NCBI GenBank assembly: GCA_964388605.1
Contig: CAYMBC010000002.1
Coordinates: 1-38,042, forward strand
Direction of reading: 5' to 3'
DNA from: an uncultured Gammaproteobacteria bacterium
Lineage (GTDB): Bacteria > Patescibacteriota > Patescibacteriia > SG8-24 > DYFX01
DNA length: 38,042 nucleotides
Position 1 is the first letter of the stretch. Every line of letters begins with the position of its first letter. A program made the translations under genes and the position numbers. Below the pieces are notes generated by a model. That model saw only the letters and a program-made list of their open reading frames with translations. It did not search any database and had not been told where the DNA came from. Positions 1-9,904 of this stretch are shown here, piece by piece.

Positions 1-91
1 TGAGCTACGGTCGCCGACTACTCGCACAGCCTACCCCATCCCTTCCCGCTTGTCAACGCGCGCCGCGCCTAGCCATTCCGTCCGCGAGGGG

Positions 92-112
92 TGCTATACT
101 GCCCTTGCTATG
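92..112 (+). promoter_or_regulatory. Candidate extended -10 promoter (TGcTATACT) ending 9 nt before the recG ATG
   Basis: TGCTATACT lies at 92-100 and the ATG at 110-112. There is no SD in between and no good -35. The same TGCTATACT nonamer sits in the hup promoter at 27668-27676. Confidence 0.4.
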
Positions 113-2136
113 GTGGTTTTTCCCGAATTGCCGATCTCCAAGCTGGGCGTGCTGGGTGCCCGGCTGGCCAAGCCCTTGCGGGCCATGGGCTTGCTTACGG
201 CCGGGGATATCCTGCGCCATCTGCCATTCCGCTATGAGGATTTGAGCCGGGTTCGCGATTTATCGGGGCCGTCCGAAGTTCCGGTAACGGTACGTGCTCG
301 AATCGATCTGATCCGCACGCGCCGCTCGGCCAAGCGCAATCTGTTGTTGACGGAAGCGACGGTTTCTGATGCTGCGGGGTCGGCAAAGATCGTTTGGTTC
401 CGGCAGCCGTATATTTCGAAAGTCTTAAAGCCGGGCGACCGTATCCTCTTGTCGGGGCGCCTCGAATCGAAGCCGTGGGGGCTGGAAATGGTGAATCCAG
501 CCTACGAGAAAGAGGGGGACTCGGCTCCGGTGCATACTGGTCGGCTTGTTCCCGTCTACTCCATTTCCGGATCCGTCACGACGAAGCAGGTTCGCGCTCT
601 TTTGCATTTGGCATTGCCTGCCGCGGAAGGAATGCCGGAAACCTTGCCGGAGAGCATACGATCACGTTACAGCCTGCCGCCGCTCGCGTCGGCGCTTCGC
701 ATGATCCATTTTCCCGAATCGATGGACGAAGCCGAAAGGGCGGATCGCCGTTTCCGCTTTGAAGAGCTGTTTTTCTTCCAGCTTCGCGGCGCTTGGGCTC
801 GGCGCGCGTTGGAGCGTAAGACCGCGGTCGTCATCCCGTTCGCCCAAGCGGCCATCCGCGACTTCGTTGCTTCGCTTCCGTTCGCGCTGACCGATGATCA
901 GAAACGGGTGGCGTGGAGGATTCTTCAAGATTTGGAAGCGGGACGCCCGATGCACCGCCTAGTGGAAGGAGATGTCGGCAGCGGCAAGACGGTGGTGGCG
1001 GCCATGGCGATGTACGCGTGCGCCTTTGTCGGTTATCGCAGCTTGCTTATGGCACCGACCGAAATTTTGGCCGAACAGCATTTCGCGACCATCTCGCGCC
1101 TTTTCGCATCCACGCCGTTCCGCGTCGCGCTCCGTACAGCTTCGCGCAAGATGCATCCGACGAGGCCGATATCGTGGTCGGTACGCACGCGCTTCTCTCG
1201 AAAGGCTTTCTCCCGAAATACGCGGCGCTGGTCATTGTCGACGAGCAGCACCGTTTTGGCGTCGGGCAAAGGCAATCTCTGCTTTCAAAATTGACGGGAG
1301 GCGAGAAGGAAGATATTCCCCATTTCCTGTCGATGACAGCGACGCCGATTCCGCGTTCGTTGGCGCTCGCGCTCTATGGCGACGTTGATTTTTCCGCCTT
1401 GAGGCAGATGCCGCCGGGACGGCTCCCGGTCGAAACTTTCTTGGCTGCCGGAGGCGACCGCGCGGCGATGATGGAGCACGTCCGCTCCGAGGCGGCGCAA
1501 GGCAGAAAGACCTTCATCGTTTGTCCGCTTATCGAGGCGTCCGACACGCTCGGCGTGAAGTCGGTTGAAGAAGAAGCCGAACGGCTACGCGCCGAACTGA
1601 ACGGTTTGGAAGTCAGCCTTGTCCATGGGCGCATGAAAGCGGAAGCCAAGCGAGAGACCATGGAGAGGTTTGCGCGAGGAGAGACCCCTGTTTTGGTCTC
1701 GACGACGGTGATCGAGGTCGGCGTCGACGTGCCGCTTGCGACCACGATCGTGATTGAAGGCGCAGAGCGCTTCGGCATGGCGCAACTGCATCAGCTTCGC
1801 GGTCGTGTCGGTCGGTCTTCGCTGCCTTCGCGCTGCTATCTGGCCCCTTCGCACGGATCTCCGCAGGCGCTCGAACGGCTTCGCGCGTTCATGCGGGCGA
1901 AAGATTGCTTCGAGCTCTCCGAGATCGATTTGCAGTTCCGAGGCCCCGGCAGCCTCTTCGGCGAGGAGCAATCCGGCTTTGCCGAGCTCCAGCGCTTCCG
2001 CCCGGGCGACGGGCGCTTGATCGAGGAAACGCGCGAGGCCGTCCGCGTGCTCGCCGAGGCTGATCCGGATCTCGATGCGCACCCGCTTTTGAAAAAGAAA
2101 ATCTCGGACGAAGCCGAGATGGTGCATTTGGAGTAG
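110..2136 (+). pseudogene. recG: ATP-dependent DNA helicase RecG, reading frame broken near 1145-1150
   Basis: ORF 50..1294 carries the RecG N-terminal/wedge region, Walker A GDVGSGKT and APTEILAEQH. ORF 913..2136, in another frame, continues with DIVVGTHAL, DEQHRFG, MTATPIPR and QLHQLRGRVGR. The frame switch lies between VALRTAS (ends 1144) and DASDEADIVV (starts 1150). The ATG at 110 (MVVFPELPISKL) is preferred over the upstream TTG. Confidence 0.85.
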
Positions 2137-2166
2137 GCGCTTCTGCTGGAGGGGGCGAGGGACTTG

Positions 2167-3471
2167 TTAAAACAGCTTCATGATGGCGTCCTTCAGGTGG
2201 GGCGAGTTTTTCGGAGTGATCACCTGGCTGAACTGCAGGCGCTTGGCTTCCGCTTCGCGCTTGTCGACAAAGGCGACAGGACGGAGTTCTCCGCCCAAGC
2301 CGACTTCGCCGAAGGCGGCGATGGAAGAGGGGAGCGGCTTGCCCTTCAGCGCCGAAACGACGGCCAAAACCACGGCGGCGTCGGCGGCAGGTTCCTTCAC
2401 TTTATAGCCTCCAGCTACGTTGATATGGATGTCGTGGGTCTGCGTCGGCACGCCCAGGCGTTCGGAAAGCACGGCGAGCAAGACTTGCAGGCGATTGGCG
2501 TCAAAACCGGATGCTCGGCGCTGCGGATACCCGAAGGTCGTGCGCGAGGCGAGCGCTTGAATTTCCACCAAAATCGGACGCGTGCCTTCCATGATGCAGG
2601 TGACGACGGAACCCGGGACATCTGTGGTACGGTCGTTGAGAAAGAAGGAAGAAGGGTTGGCAACCTCCTTGAGGCCGGATGCCGTCATTTCAAAGACGCC
2701 GACTTCGTCGGTCGCGCCGAAGCGGTTTTTAGCGGTACGGAGCAGGCGGTAGCTCGAGGAACGGTCGCCTTCGAACGAAACGACGACGTCGACGAGATGC
2801 TCAAGCGTCTTTGGTCCGGCGATATCGCCGTCTTTCGTCACCTGGCCGACGATCATTATCGGAATGCCCGTCCGTTTGGCGTGTTCCATGAGCTGCGCCG
2901 TCAGCGCGCGGATCTGCGAGGCTCCGCCTTGCGAACCTGCCGCCTCGCGAGACGAAAGCGTTTGGATGGAATCGATACTGACGAGCTACGGAGCTTCGGA
3001 ATCGATCGTCTCCAGATTCGTTTCCACGTCGGTTTCGGACAGGAACGTGAGGCGGGGAGCGCTCAGGACGAGCCGTTCGAACCGCAGGGCGACCTGATCG
3101 GCTGTTTCCTCCCCGGAAGCATAGAGAACGCCGGGAAGGGCGGAGGCGACTTGAAGAAGCAGGGTTGATTTTCCGATGCCCGGCTCGCCGGAGAGAAGTA
3201 CGAGCGCGCCTGGAACGATGCCTCCGCCCAGCACGCGATCGAACTCGGCAATGCCGGTTGGTCGATGCGCCGTCTTTTTTCCTTTTAGCTCTGAAAGCGA
3301 AAAGGTTTTTCCTGGACGCCCGTTTTGCATGACCGCCTTCTTTTCTTCGGGCACGGAGGCGATCTCCGTGATGGTGCTCCATGCGCCGCATTCCAAACAA
3401 CGCCCGCTCCACTTTGCGGATTGGGCGTCGCATTTCGTGCACAGGAAGAGCGCTTTCGCGGAGACTGGCAT
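2167..3471 (-). pseudogene. radA: DNA repair protein RadA/Sms interrupted by an in-frame TAG at 2986-2988
   Basis: ORF 2986..3516 has the C4 zinc finger (CTKCDAQSAKWSGRCLECGAW) and Walker A GEPGIGKST. ORF 2167..2889 has KNRFG and a Lon-like C-terminal domain. The two are in the same frame (32 sense codons lie between the TAG and the first listed Met). Reading through gives SEAP*LVSIDSIQTL, the conserved RadA block. The ATG at 3471 is the likely start. Confidence 0.85.
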
Positions 3472-3516
3472 GAACGGGAGAATAACAGGGGATACGGCGA
3501 ACGTGTCAACTGTCAA

Positions 3517-4701
3517 CTAATCCGGAGACCAGGCGCTGATGAGCGGAATGAATCTGGCGCCGCATGAGCTTTTGACGCACCACGTTCCGCCTCGAGCCCG
3601 GCTGGCTTCGACTCCTTTGCCCCCTCCGCCGCCTTGGACGACCTGCATTCGTCCGCCCGAAGCCCATCCCATGAAGATGACCGCGTGCGATCCGACCAAG
3701 TCTTCATTGCCGTTATAGATGACGACGCGATCTCCTGGTCGCAATTTGTTGGCCCAGCCATCCGGCCAATCTTTCGGAAGACGCCCGGCATCTTTTTCCG
3801 CATTCAGAAAATCACGAACCTTTGTAACCGCTTCGGAGGACGTATCCACGCATTCTCCTTTCGGCCTCGCTTTTCCGGGGTACTCCTTTTCGACGCCGCA
3901 GCGCCAGCCGAACAGGTATTTCCTCTGCGCGGTCGAGATGCTGAAGAGCTGCCGGCCCTTTCCTTCGTCGTTGCAATTTCCATCTGCGGAATCGAGGCAA
4001 GAATAATCGCCCACGCCCGCCAAGGCGGTAATCGTACCCGCCGTATTTCCGCATGAGCCCCAGTTGACGTTGCAGGCGTCGGCAATGTCGGCTATTTGAA
4101 CTACCTTCTCGCGCGGGTTCGTGGCCGTGACGGCGGACGCCATGACCGTTCGGAATTCCAGTTTCGAGGCCTTGCCGGAGGTCGACGTGAGCGGTACCGG
4201 GCAATTTCCAAGACTCGACGTGTGGCTGCCAGGAAGCGGTCCGCTTCCGGCGCCATCCGCGACATCCGCGATTCCTCCGTCTTGAGCGGTTTCCACGCTT
4301 GTCGTTCCCATCGTTCGGTAATCGGCCGTTTGCGTTTGTATTTGCAGCAAGCTCAGGGATTCGAATTTTACGAGGTTCGGATTGATCGTGTAGAGGATGA
4401 GATATGAGCTCAAGGCCAGGATGACGCCGGAAAGGGCGTTGACGATCCGTTTTTTTGCCGCCCCTATGTTCGCGGGTTCTCCGGCCGATGTCAGGTATTG
4501 AAAGCCGCCGATAATCATCATGATCGCCGCGATAAGGCCGATGATGCTGATCAGAAACGTGTAGACTCCGCTGATGTATTGCCCGATCCAAGGGATCGAG
4601 TAGGATCCGGTATCCGCAAGGGTCGTCAAGGTAACGCCGGGGATCGGGATCTCGAACTTCGGCGGCTCGTTTTGCGCAAGGCGAATCAAGGCGTTCTTCA
4701 T
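3517..4701 (-). CDS. Membrane protein with a T4SS-pilin-like (TrbC/VirB2-type) TM hairpin and a Cys-rich C-terminal domain, possibly an NlpC/P60- or CHAP-like hydrolase
   Basis: The segment YTFLISIIGLIAAIMMIIGGFQYLTSAGEPANIGAAKKRIVNALSGVILALSSYLILY matches the pilin-like two-TM motif common in CPR proteins. The C-terminal part has many Cys (WGSCGNTAG) and GDRVVIYNGNEDLVGSHAVIFMGW, which resembles the His strand of papain-like amidases. The function call is tentative. Confidence 0.6.
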   Translation of the reverse strand: MKNALIRLAQNEPPKFEIPIPGVTLTTLADTGSYSIPWIGQYISGVYTFLISIIGLIAAIMMIIGGFQYLTSAGEPANIGAAKKRIVNALSGVILALSSYLILYTINPNLVKFESLSLLQIQTQTADYRTMGTTSVETAQDGGIADVADGAGSGPLPGSHTSSLGNCPVPLTSTSGKASKLEFRTVMASAVTATNPREKVVQIADIADACNVNWGSCGNTAGTITALAGVGDYSCLDSADGNCNDEGKGRQLFSISTAQRKYLFGWRCGVEKEYPGKARPKGECVDTSSEAVTKVRDFLNAEKDAGRLPKDWPDGWANKLRPGDRVVIYNGNEDLVGSHAVIFMGWASGGRMQVVQGGGGGKGVEASRARGGTWCVKSSCGARFIPLISAWSPD

Positions 4702-4703
4702 AA

Positions 4704-5348
4704 TCAGCGGACAGCTTCAAGAAGATCTTCGTATGTCAGCGCGCCGACATGGCGCTTTCCATCGATAAAGAACGTCGGCAAGGCATCGATGCCGAGAGCC
4801 AATCCCTCCTCGACCGTTCGTTCTACGAACGGCCGCATGGAGCGACTTCGCAAGCACTCGGCGAAAGCTTGCGTATCGAGACCGTTTTGTCCGGCCTCGA
4901 ACGTCAACGACGTTTCATCGTACGATCCGGAATGATTGAAAAGGGTTTCATGGAATTTCCAGAAGGCTCCCTGCTTTCCCGCGCAAAGACCGGCCTCGGC
5001 GGCCGTGTCGGCGCCTCCGTGGATGGGCGAGGGCATGTCTTTCCATACGTAACGCACGCTCGCCGGACGTTCCGAGAGCAGCTTCCGCACGGCGAGTTCG
5101 GAGGTGCGGCAATGGGGGCAAAGATAGTCGCCGAACTCGACAATCGTAATCTTGGCATTTTTCGGACCGAGAATCTGGTCGATAAACGTCACGTTCGGCG
5201 CATCAAGCGTTCTCGCGACATTTTTCGTTGCGCGCGTCTGGGGCCGGTTGGCCAGCACCGTCGCCTGCACGACGTTCCAAAACAGCCACAACACGGCTCC
5301 CCCGAGAACGAAAGCGACGATAAGGATAAGAAGCAGTTTCTTCCGCAT
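4704..5348 (-). CDS. DsbA-family thiol:disulfide oxidoreductase, membrane anchored
   Basis: CPHC active site in FGDYLCPHCRTSE. An N-terminal TM (MRKKLLLILIVAFVLGGAVLWLF) follows the ATG at 5348. The longer ORF-track N-terminus (to 5492) overlaps the upstream gene and looks non-coding. Confidence 0.8.
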   Translation of the reverse strand: MRKKLLLILIVAFVLGGAVLWLFWNVVQATVLANRPQTRATKNVARTLDAPNVTFIDQILGPKNAKITIVEFGDYLCPHCRTSELAVRKLLSERPASVRYVWKDMPSPIHGGADTAAEAGLCAGKQGAFWKFHETLFNHSGSYDETSLTFEAGQNGLDTQAFAECLRSRSMRPFVERTVEEGLALGIDALPTFFIDGKRHVGALTYEDLLEAVR

Positions 5349-5349
5349 A

Positions 5350-6567
5350 TCAGCGCAGCAGCATTTCTTTGAGCGACCCGTCATTTTTCGTGTAGTACAG
5401 CTTCGTCCCATCGGGAGAAACGACGAGCGAGGACATCGACGCAGGCTCGCTTGGTTGCCCGACGAACGAGGATGTTCCGCTTGCCAGGTCAACTTTTACG
5501 ACGATGTCGGAAATACCGTCCGCGATCGACCGTTCCAAGCCGGCTCCTTTCGGGAGGGCGTTCGGTACCGCGCAGTACAGCGTATTGTCGCCTTGGAACA
5601 CGCATTTTTCAGCCCAGGTGTTGATACCCAAGCTTTTCCTCCCTCCGCCAACCGCCTTGTCTCCGGCATCGACGATCCAAAGCATCGGTTTGAATTCGCT
5701 GGATTGTCCGGCGGCGCTGTAGAGGAGGCGTTTTCCGCTTGGCGACCAGTTCGGTTCAAAATCCAGGCCTTCAACGCGAAGCGCGGGGAAATTTTCATGG
5801 TTCTGTCCGATCACGAGCAGGTCTCGCGTATCGAAGCCGGCCGGATCCGCGGTATCGGAAAAAGCGACGACAGACGCATCCGGAGAAACGCTGACAGTGA
5901 CCTTGTCTCCGTTCTGTCCCAGAGGCTCGATCAATTTGGCGCTTGATCCGTCGGACGCCGCGCTGATCAGCCAGCGGTTCGCGGGGTCAAGCGCCATTGA
6001 TTTCGCCACGATCGCCGACCCGTCTCCGTTGAAGGCGAGTTCTTGCCAGTGACTCGGCAGGGTTACCTGCTTTCGCGTTTCAAAATCGTAGATGATTTTC
6101 GTTTCGTCCGGAAACGTCATGGCAGCCTTATTCCCGGCGGGAGCCCACACGACGCTTTTTGCATCCCGCAAAGCTTCGGTGTTCAAGGCTTCTTTCTCGC
6201 CGCTGGGCAGCACGCGATAAAATCGCCCGTCGACGCTGTCGTAATATTTCAGATGTCCGTCCCCTGCGATTGTGAGGCTGCTTGCGTTGTTTTCGGCGAT
6301 CGTGGAGACCGATCCGATGGCGGTTCCGTCCGGCGCGTTCGATGAAGGGGTTCCTGATGATGGCGGAAGTTCGCCCGGGGGCAAACCGGTTCCGTCCGTC
6401 GTCCGGCCCGTCCCCGCGACCGGCAAGCTGCCCGGAACGGCGGAGCCTCCGTTGGTCGGAAGCGGAGGCGTGACGCTTGGCGAGCTGAAGAAAAAACGAT
6501 ACAGCAAATACGCGAAACCGAAGGCGACTCCGAGAAACGAGAGGGCAATGGCGATTTTTTTGAACAT
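5350..6567 (-). CDS. TolB-like beta-propeller (PD40-repeat) protein with an N-terminal TM anchor
   Basis: The N-terminal TM is MFKKIAIALSFLGVAFGFAYLLY, followed by a Pro/Ser/Gly linker. Recurring propeller-blade motifs are present: WAPAGNKAAM, FNGDGSAIV, VSPDASVVAF, NWSPSGKRLLY and VSPDGTKLYY. Confidence 0.7.
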   Translation of the reverse strand: MFKKIAIALSFLGVAFGFAYLLYRFFFSSPSVTPPLPTNGGSAVPGSLPVAGTGRTTDGTGLPPGELPPSSGTPSSNAPDGTAIGSVSTIAENNASSLTIAGDGHLKYYDSVDGRFYRVLPSGEKEALNTEALRDAKSVVWAPAGNKAAMTFPDETKIIYDFETRKQVTLPSHWQELAFNGDGSAIVAKSMALDPANRWLISAASDGSSAKLIEPLGQNGDKVTVSVSPDASVVAFSDTADPAGFDTRDLLVIGQNHENFPALRVEGLDFEPNWSPSGKRLLYSAAGQSSEFKPMLWIVDAGDKAVGGGRKSLGINTWAEKCVFQGDNTLYCAVPNALPKGAGLERSIADGISDIVVKVDLASGTSSFVGQPSEPASMSSLVVSPDGTKLYYTKNDGSLKEMLLR

Positions 6568-6597
6568 ACGGGCGGAGAAGGGGAATGATTCGGCGGA

Positions 6598-7311
6598 TTA
6601 CAGGACTTCCATGATCGCTCCGAGGATGAGCCCGATCGCTCCGAGAATCGCAAGATCAATGATGGCTACCAGGAAGGTGATGAGGCCCATCGCGACCAGT
6701 TCTCCGAGCTTGATCGGGAGCAAGGCCGCTGCCGGCATCTTGTCACCGACCGCGTCCGGAAACCACTCCCTTCCGATTTCCGGAATGTATTTCCTCAGGT
6801 AGTTCGAAGCCCAGCCGGCGAAAAAGAGGAGATCGATGATGTAGATGGAATGCCCGAACGTCAGCCAGAGATTCGCCCATGACGCCTTGATCAGCGCGTT
6901 GCCGATCGTTGCTGCCGCCCGCTCCCCGTTCATCGGAATGCCTCCGGGTCCGGCACCGCCCGCTCCTCCGCCCTTGAGGAGGGAAAGAACGTCTTTTGCG
7001 GAAAACCCCGATGTTTCCGAAGAAGACGCATCTTGTTCCTGCGCGAAGACCCGTCCTCTCTCTGCCTTCCACTCCTGCTCGCGACGCATCGTCTCAAGGG
7101 CGCCGGATGGTTGCGGGTCGGCTGGCTCATCTGCGGTTTCGTCGCTTTTCAAAGCCTGCCCGCGACCTCCGGGGAAGGAGCTGTTGAGCGCCCGGCTTCC
7201 GATCCCGACAGGCGCCCGCTCGACATTTTTGCGCTGACGGTCGAATTCAAGCTTTCTCGCTTCTTGCGAAGCGAGGTCGGCTCGTGAGGTCGTCGTCAGC
7301 GCGTCGGTCAT
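6598..7311 (-). CDS. Hypothetical membrane protein (disordered acidic N-terminal half, hydrophobic C-terminal TM segments)
   Basis: ATG at 7311 with GAAGG 5 nt upstream. The C-terminus (IYIIDLLFFAGWASNYL ... LVAMGLITFLVAIIDLAILGAIGLILGAIMEVL) is clearly transmembrane. I recognise no family. Confidence 0.55.
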   Translation of the reverse strand: MTDALTTTSRADLASQEARKLEFDRQRKNVERAPVGIGSRALNSSFPGGRGQALKSDETADEPADPQPSGALETMRREQEWKAERGRVFAQEQDASSSETSGFSAKDVLSLLKGGGAGGAGPGGIPMNGERAAATIGNALIKASWANLWLTFGHSIYIIDLLFFAGWASNYLRKYIPEIGREWFPDAVGDKMPAAALLPIKLGELVAMGLITFLVAIIDLAILGAIGLILGAIMEVL

Positions 7312-7327
7312 ACCTTCTGCAAAACGA

Positions 7328-9889
7328 TTACGGTTTGACGACCAGCGTGTCGTCTTTGACGGTCAGCCGTACGGTGCCGCCCTTGCCGGCATCGCCGGAG
7401 AGCAGGCGTTCGGCGATGAGATTCTCGACCAGCTCTTGGATCGTTTTGCGGACGCCGCGGGCGCCCTGGAGCGGAATGAAACTTTTTTCCGCGATGAGCT
7501 TTTCGCCCTTGGACGTGAGCGCTACTTTGATGCGGTGCTCGGCTTCCAAGCGGCGGTTGAGATCGTTGATGTGCAGCGTGACGATTTTTTGCAGGCTTTC
7601 AAGGTCGAGCGGCCGGAAGAGGATGACCTTGTCGATGCGGTTCACGAATTCCGGCTTGAACTGGCGTTCGAGATCCTGCAGCATCGACCCCTTGGCTTCG
7701 TTGAACTTGTCCCGCACTGATTCGCTCTTGTTCGCGGACGAGTTGAAGCCGACGGACGCGGTGCGCAAATGCTGCGAACCGACGTTCGAGGTCATGATGA
7801 TGATCGTGTTCTTAAAGTTGATCTTCTTGCCGGTTGCGTCGGTCAAGTGACCGTCCTCGAAAATCTGCAGGAAAATGTTTAAGACGTCCGGATGCGCTTT
7901 TTCAAGTTCGTCGAACAGCACGACCGAGTACGGGCGGCGTTTCACCGCGTCGGTGAATTTGTTCGAGTCGCGGTAGCCGACATAGCCGGCAGGGGAGCCG
8001 ATGAGCTTCGAAATATTGAAGCTTTCGGTGAATTCGGACATGTCGACGCGGATGAACGCTTCCTTGTCGCGGAACACGGTTTCAGCGATCGCCTTGGCCA
8101 GTTCCGTCTTGCCGACGCCGGATGGACCCATGAACAGGAACGAAGCCAGGGGGCGGTTCGGGTTAGCGAGGCCGAGGCGCGCGCGGCGGATGCTTTCGGC
8201 GACAGCCTTGACCGCTTCGTCTTGCCCGATGACGCGCGCGCGGAGCTTTTCCTCGAGGCCGGCAAGGTTCCTTTTTTCCTCGAACACGATCTCTTCGACG
8301 GGAATGCCGGTCGAGCGCGCGAGCACTTTGGCGATGTCGGCGGGCGACACCTCCGTTTCTATCGTCCCGACACGCCCTTTTTCAAGGACTTCTTTTTTCT
8401 TTTGCAGCGCCTTCTCGTGTTCTTTCAGCGTCAAGGCCTCGTCGAAATTGTCGCTCACGACCGCTTGCTGCTTTTTCGTGCGAACTTCGTTCAATTTATT
8501 TTCAACGTCGCGCGCTTCGCGGAGTTGGGGATTCTGCCCCTCGTTGACGCGCAGCATGGCGGCGGCTTCGTCGATCAGATCGATGGCCTTATCCGGCAGG
8601 AAGCGGTCCTGGATATAGCGCACGGACATCTGCACGGCGGCTTCAATGGCGGTGTCGGAGATTTTGACGCCGTGGAAGTTTTCAAACGACCCGCGCAGCC
8701 CGCGCAGAATGTCGGATGCTTGTTCCGGCGTCGGTTCGGCAACCTGGATTGCCTGGAAGCGGCGTTCCAGGGCCCCGTCGGCCTCGATGTGCTTCTTGTA
8801 TTCGGCGAGCGTCGTCGCTCCGATACAGCGGATTTCTCCGCGCGCCAGCGCCGGCTTCAAGATGTTAGCGGCGTCGATCGATCCTGAAGCGGCGCCTGCT
8901 CCCATGATCATGTGCAGCTCGTCGATGAACAAGATGATTTCCGGATGGTTCTTCACCTCATCGATGATTTGCCTGAGACGCGATTCGAATTCGCCCCGGT
9001 AGATCGTTCCGGCGATGATCAGTCCGAGATCGATGGAGATGATGCGTTTGCCTTCGAGCGCTGGTGGCACCGCCCCGTTCGCGATGTTCTTGGCAAGGCC
9101 TTCGACAATGGCGGTTTTCCCGACGCCGGGTTCCCCGAGAAGCACGGGGTTGTTCTTGGTCTTGCGGCAAAGGACTTGCGTCATGCGCTCGACTTCGCGT
9201 TCCCGGCCGATGACGGTTTCAAATTTATCGACCAGCTTCTTGCTTGTCATGTCGACGCCGAAGAAATCGAGAGCCGGCGTCTTCGCCGCTTTCGTCCCGG
9301 ACGGAGCCGAAGCGCTTTTGGCGGGAGCGCCTGCGGAAGCTTTTATTTTGGACGCCTCTTTTTTGCCCTCGCTTCTCGCCTTGCCGTCGAACGTCTCGGT
9401 CATGTCCGGGAATTTCGAGGTGGATTTGAGCACGCTCGCGGTTTGATCCTTGACCATCTTGAGCGGGATGCCCCGCGATTCGAAATAGGGTTCGACGTCG
9501 TCGCCCGCGATCTGAAGAATTGCCGAGAGCAAATGCTCGGTGCCGACGTACTTATGCTCGTGCAAGCTCGCGGTCAGAACCGCTTTTTCAATCGTGCGCT
9601 TCGCTTCGCTCGAAAGCTTCGGAGATGATTCGGGCGCCGCTGCGTCCATCTTCGTTGCCTTGCCGGGACGCGTTCCTGAAATGTCGGCGACAAAACGCTT
9701 GATATCTTCCGGCGAGGAGCCGAGTTTGGCGAGCGCTTCCGATGCGATGGATCCTTTTTGCGCCGCGAGCGCGTACAGCAAATGCGGCGGCTCGATCGAC
9801 GGCTGCCGCAGCTCTTGAGCGAGCGCATAGGCGCGAACCAGCGCGTTCTTGAGGTGGGTCGAGAACTTGTCGAGAATTTCCGCGTTCAT
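7328..9889 (-). CDS. clpC: AAA+ chaperone ClpC-type ATPase
   Basis: Clp_N repeats are present at the N-terminus. There are two AAA modules (GEPGVGKT ... IILFIDELH; GPSGVGKT ... SVVLFDELEKAH) and a short, ClpC-length middle domain. A VGF tripeptide (ASVGFNSS) sits where the ClpP-docking loop lies. A Lys/Ala/Ser-rich insertion separates the N-domain from AAA-1. Confidence 0.9.
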   Translation of the reverse strand: MNAEILDKFSTHLKNALVRAYALAQELRQPSIEPPHLLYALAAQKGSIASEALAKLGSSPEDIKRFVADISGTRPGKATKMDAAAPESSPKLSSEAKRTIEKAVLTASLHEHKYVGTEHLLSAILQIAGDDVEPYFESRGIPLKMVKDQTASVLKSTSKFPDMTETFDGKARSEGKKEASKIKASAGAPAKSASAPSGTKAAKTPALDFFGVDMTSKKLVDKFETVIGREREVERMTQVLCRKTKNNPVLLGEPGVGKTAIVEGLAKNIANGAVPPALEGKRIISIDLGLIIAGTIYRGEFESRLRQIIDEVKNHPEIILFIDELHMIMGAGAASGSIDAANILKPALARGEIRCIGATTLAEYKKHIEADGALERRFQAIQVAEPTPEQASDILRGLRGSFENFHGVKISDTAIEAAVQMSVRYIQDRFLPDKAIDLIDEAAAMLRVNEGQNPQLREARDVENKLNEVRTKKQQAVVSDNFDEALTLKEHEKALQKKKEVLEKGRVGTIETEVSPADIAKVLARSTGIPVEEIVFEEKRNLAGLEEKLRARVIGQDEAVKAVAESIRRARLGLANPNRPLASFLFMGPSGVGKTELAKAIAETVFRDKEAFIRVDMSEFTESFNISKLIGSPAGYVGYRDSNKFTDAVKRRPYSVVLFDELEKAHPDVLNIFLQIFEDGHLTDATGKKINFKNTIIIMTSNVGSQHLRTASVGFNSSANKSESVRDKFNEAKGSMLQDLERQFKPEFVNRIDKVILFRPLDLESLQKIVTLHINDLNRRLEAEHRIKVALTSKGEKLIAEKSFIPLQGARGVRKTIQELVENLIAERLLSGDAGKGGTVRLTVKDDTLVVKP

Positions 9890-9904
9890 AGGCGTGTCGT
9901 TGAG

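Noticed and set aside
2986-2988. TAG reassigned as a sense codon (alternative genetic code), which would explain the radA interruption.
   Set aside because: TAG clearly terminates other well-defined genes in the window: recG at 2134-2136, the gene ending at 12683, and the nuclease-STAND gene at 37112-37114. TGA and TAA are also used as stops. A global recoding is therefore not supported.
2164-3168. Long ORFs antisense to clear genes. Examples: 2164..3168 (+), 7892..8887 (+), 8912..9628 (+), 14382..15614 (-), 15759..16655 (-), 16760..17635 (-), 22257..23552 (-), 23820..25082 (-), 29424..30419 (-), 32173..32907 (+) and 37033..37770 (-).
   Set aside because: Each lies opposite a gene with unmistakable family motifs. 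Their translations are Arg/Ala/Gly/Asp-rich low-complexity sequence, typical of stop-poor antisense frames in GC-rich DNA. None has a recognisable motif.
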